NCBI GenBank assembly: GCA_040004895.1
Contig: JBDTZX010000330.1
Span: forward strand, 1 to 63,245
DNA length: 63,245 nt
Direction of reading: 5' to 3'
From: Rhodanobacter sp.
GTDB taxonomy: Bacteria; Pseudomonadota; Gammaproteobacteria; Xanthomonadales; Rhodanobacteraceae
Notes under the pieces: generated by a model
Databases searched by the model: none
What the model was told of the DNA's origin: nothing
Seen by the model: only the letters and a program-made list of their open reading frames with translations
Shown: in pieces, positions 1 to 9,633 of the stretch
Layout: each line of letters opens with the position of its first letter
How positions within the stretch are numbered: position 1 is the stretch's first letter
Program-made: the position numbers and the translations under genes

Positions 1-1109
1 GCGAGCCGCTGGCCCTGTCCCCGCTGGTCCATCGCTACCACCGAAGGGTTCGTCAGCAGCGCCTGCGTCCAGTGATCCAGCTCGGTCAGGTTGCCGCCGA
101 AGAACAACGGCGACCGTGCAATCGACCACAGCGTCACCATGCTGCGCTGCTCGTCGCGGGTCAGTCGCGTTGCTCTTGGCTTGCCGTCGCCGGGAACCGG
201 CCCCAGCCTGCCCAGCGGAAGCATGTCGGCGTCGGGCCAGTTGCCCGGCTTTGCATCCTTGGCCCAGCTCGCAATCACGGCGAACTGGTCCTTCACGTTC
301 TGCGACCACTCCTTGTTCTTTTCCCAGTGGTCCCAGACGTCGTTCGAGATGCGCCAGAGCTGTGCGTTCTGCCCCAGCTCCACGGCCTCTGTCAGAGGCG
401 CCGGGCCGGGTGAAAGGCTCAAGACCATGGGCCGTCCCGTCTTCACGATCGCACGGTGGATCATGCGAATCTCATCGCCCTTGTATGGGTGCGAGGCGAT
501 GCAGTCGACCTTGATGTAATCCACCCCCCAGCTCGCGTACTGCTGCATCAGGGCGTCGTACCAGGCCTGGCCCGCTGCATTGTCCTTGACGCCAACGTTG
601 TCGGAATTCCAAGGGCACGTGTCGGTCGTATCCGCTGCATCGACGGCATGGAACACGCTGTCCGCGATCGGCATGTTTCCGGCCACCGCTTTCCTGGTGA
701 TGCCGCGAATGATGTGAATGCCGAACTTCAGCCCTTGCGTATGGACGTAGTCGGCCACCGGCTTGAATCCTGCCGTTCCTTTCGCCGTGGCAAAACGATC
801 GAGCGCAGGCTCGTAGCGTCCGTTCGCATCGATGCGGTATTGCAGCGTCTCGGCCTTGGACGCTTCCTGCGGATTCGCCAAGTACCAACCCTCATCCACC
901 ACCGCATACTGATAGCCCGCCGGCTTCAAGCGCTTGGTCAGCGCATCCACATTGGCGCGAAACTCCGACTCGTTGATGGTCAGGCCGTAGGAGTCCCAGC
1001 TATTCCACCCCATCGGCGGCGTTGGAGCCAGCATCTTCTGTTGCGCTGTCGCCGGCATTCCAACCGCGAGGGCCACCGCAGCCACGCTCCACCACAAGCC
1101 TTTCAACAT
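1..1109 (-). CDS. GH27 alpha-galactosidase-family glycoside hydrolase, secreted; runs off the left edge (partial)
   Basis: Absent from the ORF track because the stop is outside the window. Manual translation from ATG 1109 gives MLKGLWWSVAAVALAVGMPATAQQKMLAPTPPMGWNSWDSYG...YAVVDEGWY...WGVDYIKVDC, containing the GH27 motifs PPMGWNSW, DxGW and DYxKxD. Confidence 0.9.
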   Translation of the reverse strand, partial: MLKGLWWSVAAVALAVGMPATAQQKMLAPTPPMGWNSWDSYGLTINESEFRANVDALTKRLKPAGYQYAVVDEGWYLANPQEASKAETLQYRIDANGRYEPALDRFATAKGTAGFKPVADYVHTQGLKFGIHIIRGITRKAVAGNMPIADSVFHAVDAADTTDTCPWNSDNVGVKDNAAGQAWYDALMQQYASWGVDYIKVDCIASHPYKGDEIRMIHRAIVKTGRPMVLSLSPGPAPLTEAVELGQNAQLWRISNDVWDHWEKNKEWSQNVKDQFAVIASWAKDAKPGNWPDADMLPLGRLGPVPGDGKPRATRLTRDEQRSMVTLWSIARSPLFFGGNLTELDHWTQALLTNPSVVAMDQRGQGQRL

Positions 1110-1426
1110 AATCTCTGCGCCTCGGTTCAAGGATGAGTTCACTATACCCAAGGGAAGGGGTCACCCTTTCGCCGTCCGTAGTCAAGGGATACGTACTTGC
1201 TCTTTCCCGGTTATGCCGAAGAGTCATTGCCCGTCTTGCTGCTTGCCACCCACCGCCGTGGTTCAAGCGGTGCCAAGATCTCGCCAGCCAGCGGGGCTGC
1301 GTCAGCGGCATTTGTTGCCTGGCAAACACTCAACGGTCATCGCCGGGAAACGAGAAACCGCAACGGAAGACGTTCGATCCGATTCGCTTGACGTCCTGCC
1401 TCCGGTTCCGGCTTTCGTTGTCGTTG

Positions 1427-2557
1427 TTATTTCGTCAAGGGAAGAATGCGTTCCCTGAGGATCTTGTACTCGGCGTCGACGACGTCCTGGTTGGGATCAT
1501 GGCCGGCGTGTTCGAGTATCACCAGGTACTTCTGTGGAGCTTGCAGGCTGGCGTAGTAACGCTGGGCGATTCCGGGCAGGGCCAGCAGGTCGTGCGCGCC
1601 TTCGACAAAAAACATCGGGATCGCAAAGTCGGTGCCGAGCGCGGGCAGGTCGATCTGCGAGGCCATGCCATCGTTGTGCATGCCGACGAAGTTGAGGAAG
1701 GAATAGTCCTCGCCCGCTGCATAGTCGGCCAGGGCTTTTGGCGTGTTGTATTCGGCGACGGGAGCCCACCACGCCTTCGGTGCCGGCGTGGTGACCTTGG
1801 CCTCGTACTTGCGGATCACCCGGCGCACCTTGCCGAAGCTGCGCGGGTTGTCCCATGGTGGTTTGCCGACGCCTTCCAGTACGGCCAGCGAAGGCTTGTC
1901 ATCGGCGGCACGTGCCAGCTTGAGCAGGTTCGCGTAGCTGGCCGCCTCGTTCTCGCGTGTGCTTACCAATTGCGACGTGCCGAGGTAGGCATAGAACAGT
2001 TCGGGATGGATTTTGGCCATGTGCACGGCCAGCACGGAGCCCCACGAACTGCCCCACAGGATCACCTTATTCTTGCCGTAGCGATGCGCAAGGTAGGCGG
2101 CCAGCTGGTTGCCGTCGTCGCGCATCTGCTCGATCGTCAACACGGCACCGGCTGCCGGCGGACTGCGGCCAAAGGTCTTGCCGGCGCCGCGCTGGTCCCA
2201 CTGCACCAGAGTGAAGTGCTTGCTCCACGCGCCATACACCGCGTCCGAATAGACACTGAGCGGATTGCCCGGACCGCCACTGATGAACAGGATCACCGGG
2301 TTGGCGCAGCTGTCACCCTTGACGGTGATCCACTGCTCGATGCCGCCAATGGTGACGAAACCCTTTTCGTCCAGTTTGGTGGGGGCGGACGTACACGCAG
2401 GCGAGACGCCGGTGTCCTTCGCGGTGAGGCTGGTGGTCTGGGCGTGGACGCCCTGCACGGATATCCACAGGAACCCTGTGATGACGCAACTACCGAAGAA
2501 CTTGAGCACGGTCTGGCGTCCATGGAATACGTCGGCGAAGCGCCGGCCATGGAGCAT
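1427..2557 (-). CDS. Alpha/beta hydrolase, proline iminopeptidase-like, with signal peptide
   Basis: C-terminal part of ORF 1427..3352. Motifs ISGGPG, WDQRGAG, GSSWG nucleophile elbow and C-terminal GHD. Start uncertain (ATG 2557 or a GTG slightly downstream). Confidence 0.8.
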   Translation of the reverse strand: MLHGRRFADVFHGRQTVLKFFGSCVITGFLWISVQGVHAQTTSLTAKDTGVSPACTSAPTKLDEKGFVTIGGIEQWITVKGDSCANPVILFISGGPGNPLSVYSDAVYGAWSKHFTLVQWDQRGAGKTFGRSPPAAGAVLTIEQMRDDGNQLAAYLAHRYGKNKVILWGSSWGSVLAVHMAKIHPELFYAYLGTSQLVSTRENEAASYANLLKLARAADDKPSLAVLEGVGKPPWDNPRSFGKVRRVIRKYEAKVTTPAPKAWWAPVAEYNTPKALADYAAGEDYSFLNFVGMHNDGMASQIDLPALGTDFAIPMFFVEGAHDLLALPGIAQRYYASLQAPQKYLVILEHAGHDPNQDVVDAEYKILRERILPLTK

Positions 2558-2691
2558 AGCGGATGCAGCCAGGCATCCGTCGGTGGGGATGATCGCCACT
2601 CCGGGCTGGACAAAAACGCGGCGGGGAAACTTTCTTGTCGTCAATAAACGGTCGACGCCGGCATGAGTGGGTGACAGTTTTTCGCAACGTC

Positions 2692-3774
2692 TCAAAGCTT
2701 CGCCGGATCGAGCACAAGATGCTTGATCCGCAGCCGCTTCCACGTATAGACGATGTGCACCAGGCCATCGCTGGTCTGGATCACCGCCGGATACGAGAAC
2801 TCCGCGTGGGGCTCGTGCTCCAGGGTGAGTACCTTCTTCCACTGCTCGCCGTCGCGGGAGATGGCGACGGCCAGCGTGCCACGACCATCCCACCAGTCCT
2901 TGCCGTGAGGGGCAGGATTGTAGACAAGCAGGGCACGGTGGTCGCGCAGCACGACCGCGTCGATACCTGAATTCGGGTTCGGCACATCGAGCAGTTTCAA
3001 TGCCGACCAGCTGCGCCCGCCGTCGTGGGAGCGTGTCGTCACCAGACTGTCTTGCCGGGTACGGCCGATCGCCTGCAGGTTGCCGCCGCTCCATGCCAGC
3101 AGGCTCGGCTGGATCGCCTCGATCGCCTGCGGGTTGGCGATCGGCGCGCCAACAGTCCACGTCCTGCCACCGTCTTCGGAACGCTCGAAGTGGAGGTGCC
3201 AGTGGCCGAGTTCCGTACTGGAAGGGCTGACGATGCTGCCGTCGGCCAACTGCACGGCCTTGTTCTTGATCGGGCCGAGCACGCCGTCGGGGAGTCGTTG
3301 CGCGGCCGACCAGTGCGCACCCTCGTCGTGCGATGTCTTGCGCATGCCCCACCAGTGCTGCGGGTCGGGGCCGACCTTGTAGAACAGCAACAACGGACCG
3401 CCGCGCGGTCGAAACAGCACCGGGTTCCAGCTGGGCTGGCGGGTAACGTCCGGTTGCTGTCCATTGGCGACTTCAACCGGCCGGCTCCAGTGTCCGTTCA
3501 CCTGCCGCGTCAGCCAGATCCCCACGCCGGGGTCGCGCTCGTGCTTGCCACCGAACCAGGCGACCACCAGCCCGTCCGGCGTCTCGACAATCGTGGACGC
3601 GTGACTCTGCGCGGTCGGTGGTGCGGCGCTGATGAACTCGCTCAGGACGATGGCGTCCGTGCCAGCTGCCGATGCCAAGAATGGAACACCGAGCAGCACG
3701 AAGCCGAGACAGATCATCGATCGGCATGGCATGAGGAAGTCGAAGTTCGTGGTTGACATGGGCGCGGGTTGCAA
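2692..3774 (-). CDS. BNR/Asp-box sialidase-family protein, secreted
   Basis: Four Asp-boxes (SHDEGAHW, SEDGGRTW, SHDGGRSW, SRDGEQW), GPIKNK and SYP motifs, signal peptide. True start may be a downstream Met. Confidence 0.85.
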   Translation of the reverse strand: MQPAPMSTTNFDFLMPCRSMICLGFVLLGVPFLASAAGTDAIVLSEFISAAPPTAQSHASTIVETPDGLVVAWFGGKHERDPGVGIWLTRQVNGHWSRPVEVANGQQPDVTRQPSWNPVLFRPRGGPLLLFYKVGPDPQHWWGMRKTSHDEGAHWSAAQRLPDGVLGPIKNKAVQLADGSIVSPSSTELGHWHLHFERSEDGGRTWTVGAPIANPQAIEAIQPSLLAWSGGNLQAIGRTRQDSLVTTRSHDGGRSWSALKLLDVPNPNSGIDAVVLRDHRALLVYNPAPHGKDWWDGRGTLAVAISRDGEQWKKVLTLEHEPHAEFSYPAVIQTSDGLVHIVYTWKRLRIKHLVLDPAKL

Positions 3775-3899
3775 CCATCCCGTGATGGGGTCTCAAAAAA
3801 GTCTCAAGCAGCATACTTGTCTCTCGGGAAATCGGGGCAGAGTCGATTTTCTATATGCGCCGCTCCATCGAGTGGACTCTGACTCCCTTTTCTATCGCC

Positions 3900-4110
3900 G
3901 GGCGCGGCTGAGCGAGCCGTTTGCGGTGGATTCGCTGACGGACGCGCACGCTGATGAAGCTGCTCGTGATGAAGGTCGTCTTCATGCCGGCGTGATCGGC
4001 TGCGAGCTGTTCACGGTTGTGACGATCAGGGTGATCACGAGCACGCTGATGACGCCGCCGTTGCTGCGCCTGCGCCGCGCACCGGCCGTGCGGGACGCGT
4101 TGGCGACTAA
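3900..4110 (+). pseudogene. Degenerate C-terminal remnant of a cation:proton antiporter (CPA2/Na+/H+ exchanger type)
   Basis: Reading across two compensating frameshifts gives AVDSLTDAH-LMKLLVMKV-LHAGVIGCELFTVVTIRVITSTLMTPPLLRL. This resembles the antiporter end motif G(S)LMNxRGLMELIVxxVGLxAGxIxxELFTxxxxMAxxTTxMTxPLL. Confidence 0.6.
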
Positions 4111-4272
4111 TGCCGAGGGCTGGCAATGCGCCGAGAAGATCCGCTTGCGGGTCGCAGCCGTACACATGCAGCAGGCGGTGCAACAACACGCGCATCCGCG
4201 CATCCGCGCTACACATGCGCGATGATGGCGGGGCAGTGAAATCACCACGGTTGCCAAGCTGACTGGATCGAC

Positions 4273-5895
4273 ATGCACGAAACGAATGCGGATGTGGATG
4301 TGGATGTGGTGGTACTCGGCGGCGGCCTCGCCGGTCTCTGCCTTGCGCTGCAACTGCGCACGCGCTTTGCGGATTTGTCGATCCGCGTGCTCGAGCGCAG
4401 CGCGCACCCGCCGCGCGCGGGCGCGCACAAGGTCGGCGAGTCCTCGGTCGAGATCAATGCGCACTACCTGTCGCATACGCTCGGTCTGCGCGCGCACCTC
4501 GACGAACACCAGGTGCGCAAGTTCGGCTTTCGCTTTTTCTTTTCCGACGCACGCAGCGATATCGGCAACGTCGCCGAACTCGGCGTCAGCGAGGTGTTGC
4601 CGACACCGACGTGGCAAATCGATCGCGGCGTGTTCGAAGCCTTCCTCGCCGAGGAAGCACGCCGGCGCGGCATCGAATTCAGCGACAAAGCCACCGTGCT
4701 TGGCGTCGATCTTGCCGAACGCGGCATGGATCACGTCGTGCGGTTCCGTCATCAGGGCAGTGAACACACGCTGCGCGCGCGCTGGCTGGCCGACGCCAGC
4801 GGGCGCGCCGGCTTGCTGCGGCGCAAGCTCGATCTCGATGTGCCCACCGGCCACGCCGCGAACGCGGTCTGGCTGCGCATCGATGCGCGCATCAAGGTCG
4901 ACGACTGGTGCAGCGATGCCGACTGGCAAGCACGCTGCACACCGCAGGGCGAGCGCTGGCGCTCGACCAACCATCTGGTCGGTTCGGGCTACTGGGTATG
5001 GCTGATCCCGCTCGCTTCCGGTGCGCATTCGATTGGCATCGTCGCCGACGCCGCGCTGCATCCGCTCGAGTCGATGAACACCTTCGACAAGGCACTCGAC
5101 TGGCTCGCGATCCACCAGCCACTGCTCGCGCGCGAGTGCGCCGCGCACCGCGACCAGCTGCTCGATTTCCGTTTCCTGCGCAACTATTCGCACGGCTGCA
5201 AACAGATGTTTTCGGGCGACCGCTGGGCACTGACCGGCGATGCCGGGGTGTTCCTTGATCCGTTCTACTCACCGGGCGGCGACTTCATCGCGATCGCAAA
5301 TACCTACATCTGCGAACTCGTTGCGCGCGACCGCGCCGGCCAACCGGTCGGACCATATGCGCGCATCTACAACGATCTCTACCTGTCGTTTTGCGCGAGC
5401 ACGCTGACCTTGTACAAGGGCCAGTACCCGGTGTTCGCCAGCCCTACCGTGCTGCCGCTCAAGGTGATCTGGGACTACACCTACTACTGGGGCGTGTTGT
5501 GCCAGATCGTGTTCCAGCAGCGCCTCGCCGACATCGCGCTGCTGGGCGAACTGCGCCCGGAATTCGAACGCGCGCAAGCGCTCAACCTGCGCATGCAGAG
5601 CCTGTTTCGCGCGTGGACTGAATGGGCTTCCTCCCGGAACGAACGCACGTTGCTGGACCAGTCGCTGCTGCCGTGGTTCACCGAACTCAACCGCGGATTG
5701 CACGATGCACTCGACGATGCGCAAGTTCGTGCACGACTGCGCGACAACGTGGAGCTGCTCGAACGCCTGGCTGCGACGATTGCCGAAAATGCAGTCACGG
5801 ACGCCGATGACGCGTTGAACGACGTTTTCATCGACCTCGTCGTGGCCGGGCCACGCGTGATACTTTTCGCGGCCGCTGTAGCGGAAGCGGTGTAG
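4273..5895 (+). CDS. Flavin-dependent halogenase, xanthomonadin/aryl-polyene halogenase (XanJ)-like
   Basis: GGGLAG FAD-binding motif, KVGES, the halogenase WxWxIP motif (WVWLIP) and GDAGVFLDPFYSPG. The XanJ resemblance is from recall. Confidence 0.8.
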   Translation: MHETNADVDVDVVVLGGGLAGLCLALQLRTRFADLSIRVLERSAHPPRAGAHKVGESSVEINAHYLSHTLGLRAHLDEHQVRKFGFRFFFSDARSDIGNVAELGVSEVLPTPTWQIDRGVFEAFLAEEARRRGIEFSDKATVLGVDLAERGMDHVVRFRHQGSEHTLRARWLADASGRAGLLRRKLDLDVPTGHAANAVWLRIDARIKVDDWCSDADWQARCTPQGERWRSTNHLVGSGYWVWLIPLASGAHSIGIVADAALHPLESMNTFDKALDWLAIHQPLLARECAAHRDQLLDFRFLRNYSHGCKQMFSGDRWALTGDAGVFLDPFYSPGGDFIAIANTYICELVARDRAGQPVGPYARIYNDLYLSFCASTLTLYKGQYPVFASPTVLPLKVIWDYTYYWGVLCQIVFQQRLADIALLGELRPEFERAQALNLRMQSLFRAWTEWASSRNERTLLDQSLLPWFTELNRGLHDALDDAQVRARLRDNVELLERLAATIAENAVTDADDALNDVFIDLVVAGPRVILFAAAVAEAV

Positions 5896-6138
5896 CGACC
5901 ATGCTGGTAACTTGCGAAAGCATCACTTCAGCGCACTATCCGTCGCCCAGCTTGCCCCGTGCACTGAGTCTGCGCATGGATGGTCGCTGAGCCGGCGAAT
6001 ATTCATGGTCGAGCTAGGGTGTCAACGTGTTGGGCAGTGCAGGTGCGTTGTTCGCCTCGCATGCTTGTTATGCCGCACTTGGCCAGACGCTGAAGCTCGT
6101 GCTTCCGCCTGCCGTGACCTTTTCAGACAGCGACAGAC

Positions 6139-7770
6139 TCAGCGCGCCCCGGACAACGACTGCACTTTCGTCGCGGTACCGGGGCGTGCCACCTCGTACA
6201 TCTCCCAGCCAATGCGTTTGAGAAGCCCCGCGCGATCGTCTCCCACGGAGTACAGATCGTTATGGTTGCGCCCCGGGATAAAACGGATGTCGGAGCTGGC
6301 ATGCATGGCATCCATCGCCTGCTTGAGCAAAGCAACCGGTCCGTCCAGGTAATAGGTGTCTTCATCACCCACGATGACATGCAATTTGCCGTGCAGTTGC
6401 GATCGCTTGGTCGGCCATTCACGCTGAAGCTGGCGAACGATGTCGTAGTGATCGATCCATTCCCTGGCGACCGCCGGATCCACCGCCCCGGTGTCACGAT
6501 CGAATAGCGGCTGCGGCCTTCCATCCGCACCGCGCGGCGAGAACACCCATTCGAACGAGTTCATCTGCCCACCCTCCTTACCCAGCACGCGCTCCAGCTG
6601 CGAGGATTCCCGCATGGACATCACCGCCTGCCCGTGTTCGCGCACCACCGGCGTCGATGAACCGTCGGGCCGACGATAAACGTTGGCGTGAGCGGTGTAG
6701 AGGTCCGTGTTGAGGAAGTCGTGGAAATCGATCGGGTCGGGCGCCGTCGACCAGGTTCCACCGAATGTCGCCGGATACCGCACCTGCAGCCATAACGACG
6801 CCCAGCCGCCCGACGAGTGACCCGTGACGAAGCGACCAGCGGGCTTCGCGTCCATGCGATAGTGCATTTCAAGATAGGGAATCAACTCGCCGACCAGCGC
6901 AGTCGCCCATGGGCCGTTGTTCACCGAATCGGCGAACACGTGGTTGCCCGAGGCAAGCGATTCGTCGGGGAACACCCAGATCATCGGCGGCAACGCACCC
7001 TGATCCGCAAGCGCCTGGATTTGCGCCACTTCCCCGGCGCTGCGCGCCATGCTGCCGCCATAGCTGCCGAAGTAATAAACCGTGGGATAGGTCGTTGGCG
7101 CCGATGGATCGTAGCCGCGGGGTGTCAACACCCAGCCACGCATGGTCATTGGCCGCCCCCAGAAGGCCGACAAGGCTGAACTCACGAAGGCCATCGGGTG
7201 TGCATTCGCCCTTGCCGCCGGCACACTGTCACGGATCCATTGCGGCCAACTCGAGGGCAGCTGCCAAGGGTCTCGTTCGGGCAACGGTTTGCCCAGCGCA
7301 AACACCGGCAAGGTCGTCGCATCTCCCACTGTCACCACCTTCGCCGGACTTTCCAGATCGCCAGCGCCACGGCCGAAATGGGTGTAATCGCCGTTCGTAT
7401 CTAGCAGCGCCTGGATCAGGTAGCGTCCAGGCTGCAGTTGTGAAAAGCCTTTTGGAAAAGCCAGTTCGTCCAGATCGATGTCGACCCGGCTACCCGGCTC
7501 GAGCCGATGCACGTCGCAAGCCGCCACGGACATTGCACTGGGCTCGAATTCATCCATGTCCGCGATGGAAGTCGCGGCTTGCTTGCCGGATTCCTCGGCG
7601 CGCCGCGTGAAGACTAGCAGCCGGCCGTTGACAGGCCCGGGCGCATCGGCGCGCAATGTCACCACGAGGTGTCGGTGCGGCATGGCTGCGATGGCGTGGA
7701 CGGCCTGCGATGAGACGCTCAGCAGAGCGAGTGCGCAAAGAACGTGGCTTGTGGATGTATGCGATCGCAT
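6139..7770 (-). CDS. Secreted alpha/beta-hydrolase esterase (Fes/enterochelin esterase-like family) with N-terminal extra domain
   Basis: GHSSGG nucleophile elbow, ADSVNNGPW, GDEDTYYL and GRNH, with an N-terminal signal peptide. Confidence 0.8.
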   Translation of the reverse strand: MRSHTSTSHVLCALALLSVSSQAVHAIAAMPHRHLVVTLRADAPGPVNGRLLVFTRRAEESGKQAATSIADMDEFEPSAMSVAACDVHRLEPGSRVDIDLDELAFPKGFSQLQPGRYLIQALLDTNGDYTHFGRGAGDLESPAKVVTVGDATTLPVFALGKPLPERDPWQLPSSWPQWIRDSVPAARANAHPMAFVSSALSAFWGRPMTMRGWVLTPRGYDPSAPTTYPTVYYFGSYGGSMARSAGEVAQIQALADQGALPPMIWVFPDESLASGNHVFADSVNNGPWATALVGELIPYLEMHYRMDAKPAGRFVTGHSSGGWASLWLQVRYPATFGGTWSTAPDPIDFHDFLNTDLYTAHANVYRRPDGSSTPVVREHGQAVMSMRESSQLERVLGKEGGQMNSFEWVFSPRGADGRPQPLFDRDTGAVDPAVAREWIDHYDIVRQLQREWPTKRSQLHGKLHVIVGDEDTYYLDGPVALLKQAMDAMHASSDIRFIPGRNHNDLYSVGDDRAGLLKRIGWEMYEVARPGTATKVQSLSGAR

Positions 7771-7844
7771 CGGACTTCCTCGAGCATAAGGTAGCTTGCT
7801 CATTGCAGCAGGTCTGTCCTCAAAAAGGGATCAAAAAAGATGAA

Positions 7845-8123
7845 TCAAGGCGCGGCTTGGAATTGTTCGACGCATCCGCGGCTGAGTTTCTGCATGAGGC
7901 GGGCGATCGCGCCATTCCCGGGTGGTGTGGCCAGCGGATGGACATGATTGTCCATCGGCAGGCAGGCGAGCCGGCAGCAGTCGGTGTCAAGCAAAGCTTG
8001 TCGCAACAGCGTCAGGTAACACCGTCGACCGACATCGTCGAGAAAGCACGGAAGGCAACTGTTGCCACTTAGTACAACGTGATGCTGAATACCGGGCAGG
8101 TCGAGGCGTGGTTGTCTGGCCAT
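7845..8123 (-). pseudogene. Truncated REP-associated tyrosine (Y1/HUH, RAYT-like) transposase
   Basis: MARQPRLDLPGIQHHVVLSGNSCLPCFLDD...MDNHVHPLATP...LMQKL matches the RAYT N-terminus with the HUH motif. It stops at about 92 aa, before the catalytic Tyr region. Confidence 0.8.
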
Positions 8124-8320
8124 TGCCTGAGGACCGGCGCGGGCAAGCCTTCCGGTAACGACGATTGTCACTGCACCTGGTCAGTATCAGTCTCTCGTAC
8201 TTGTCAGAAAGCAGACCTGTCTCTGTTCGATCCCTGAGCTTCTTGATCCTGGCGGCGAAGTGGTGGCGCCGTTCTTGTTCGTGCACCCCGTCGTCGGACC
8301 CAGGTCTGGGTCCGGTTGTC

Positions 8321-8351
8321 AAAAGAAAGCCCGACGCGACGTCGGGCTTTC
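8321..8351 (-). terminator. Intrinsic terminator of the 8386..9168 gene
   Basis: 12-bp perfect stem GAAAGCCCGACG/CGTCGGGCTTTC with a 3-nt loop, followed by a T-run on the minus strand. Confidence 0.8.
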
Positions 8352-8385
8352 AAAACATGCTGCCGGTGGCGATTGACGAGCGGCG

Positions 8386-9168
8386 TTATTGCTTCATCGC
8401 GACGAGGGTGATCTTGCGGTTGCTTGGCTTTTGCGTCTCGACTCTCGTAAGGGTCTTGCCATCGGACGATACCGTCATGCTGGTGATCGAGACAACTTTG
8501 CCACCCTGCGTGTCGGTTTCCTGCAGCGCCTTTCCAACCATCTTTACCGTGACCATGTCGGTGCCGGGATCGCCCTTGAACGCGGCGGGCTTTCCGCCAA
8601 GTGTGGCGTCGTACGATTGCCCGCGAGGATTGCTCATGCTCACCATCTTGCCGTTCACCTTGTAGGTCATCGTCAGCATGTTGTCCGACGCACTCTGAAA
8701 GCTGGACCTCTGCCACGTGCCCGCCGCTGCGTTGGATCCTGCCGGAGCCTTGCCGATACGTGTCAGCGTTCCCTTGACAGTGGATGTGCCGCCGGGCCGG
8801 GTATCAACCGATTCGAACGTGGCGGTCTCGCCGTCTGACGCCACGGTAGTAGTCATCTTCTGCACCACGGCGCCTTCCTTCTTGGCCGTCTGGGTGATGG
8901 TGTGGTCGTTGTCCTCGTGGACCGCAAAGGTATCCATTCGGGGGTGTCCGGTGACGGGGTGATCCATGCCATCGGCCTTGATGTGGATCGGTGGCGTGCA
9001 ATTGCAGGTGAATTCACCGCCTTTCAGAGTGATCACCGTGGGCGTGCCAGATGCATGCACCTTGCTGATATCAATCTTCCAGGTGCCGTCAAACGTGCTC
9101 TGCGCCAGTAGCTGACATGGCAGCAGGAATGCCGCCAGCACCATCCCGCCCATCAATAGCTTTTTCAT
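8386..9168 (-). CDS. Secreted hypothetical protein with two tandem lipocalin-like beta-rich repeats
   Basis: Signal peptide; two internal repeats beginning FDGTWK and AAGTWQ, each ending (V)AS/SSDG(E/K)T. GGAG RBS upstream. Confidence 0.75.
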   Translation of the reverse strand: MKKLLMGGMVLAAFLLPCQLLAQSTFDGTWKIDISKVHASGTPTVITLKGGEFTCNCTPPIHIKADGMDHPVTGHPRMDTFAVHEDNDHTITQTAKKEGAVVQKMTTTVASDGETATFESVDTRPGGTSTVKGTLTRIGKAPAGSNAAAGTWQRSSFQSASDNMLTMTYKVNGKMVSMSNPRGQSYDATLGGKPAAFKGDPGTDMVTVKMVGKALQETDTQGGKVVSITSMTVSSDGKTLTRVETQKPSNRKITLVAMKQ

Positions 9169-9633
9169 CGACTGTCTCCTACCTGGTGAATACCGTGGCC
9201 GAGATCTGCTCGAAACGCTGAGGATGCCCCCGAAGCTACCGGAATCTCTCCGCGTCTAATGGGTCCCAGCGCGATGAATCTACTCCGAAAAGCAAAACGG
9301 CGTCGGGTTCATCTGCCCCGGTTTCGGACCAGCTATTGAGCGAGTCGACCACGCAGAAGCATCAGCAATGCATCTGCCAGATCGTGCTGAAAGTCGTAGC
9401 GCAGGGCCGCCAGTTCAGAACGCGCGTTCACCTCCGCCGCAACCTTTGCCGGATGGCTTAGCGGCTGGAGTCCGATAGGCAGGGGCAGGGCCTGGTGAAT
9501 GAATTTCTCGAACGCAGATGCGGATATCAACGGCATGCAGCTGTGAAAGTCGGGCGCCGTATTCTTGCGTACGCTCAGCAGCCCATGCTTGAACCCCACC
9601 ATGCGCTCGCATTCCGAAATGGCGCGGGTTTGG

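Noticed and set aside
1133-2647. 504-aa plus-strand ORF, and similar long ORFs at 14727-16769(-), 30730-32796(-), 34992-36314(-), 52313-53803(-), 58487-60178(-) and 60279-62879(-)
   Set aside because: Antisense shadows of well-supported genes. High-GC codon bias suppresses stops on the opposite strand, and the translations carry no recognisable motifs.
2558-3352. N-terminal 265 aa of the 641-aa ORF 1427..3352, suggesting a fusion protein
   Set aside because: It overlaps the sialidase gene in another frame and is low-complexity Arg/Pro-rich. The hydrolase has its own signal peptide near 2557.
4291-4308. GATGTG x3 microsatellite at the halogenase start
   Set aside because: An in-frame hexamer encoding DVDVDV; too short and frame-neutral to indicate phase variation.
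9333-9600. Possible gene fragment downstream of the ECF sigma, faintly like a restriction S-subunit tail
   Set aside because: The similarity is too weak to support by eye; BLASTX would be needed.
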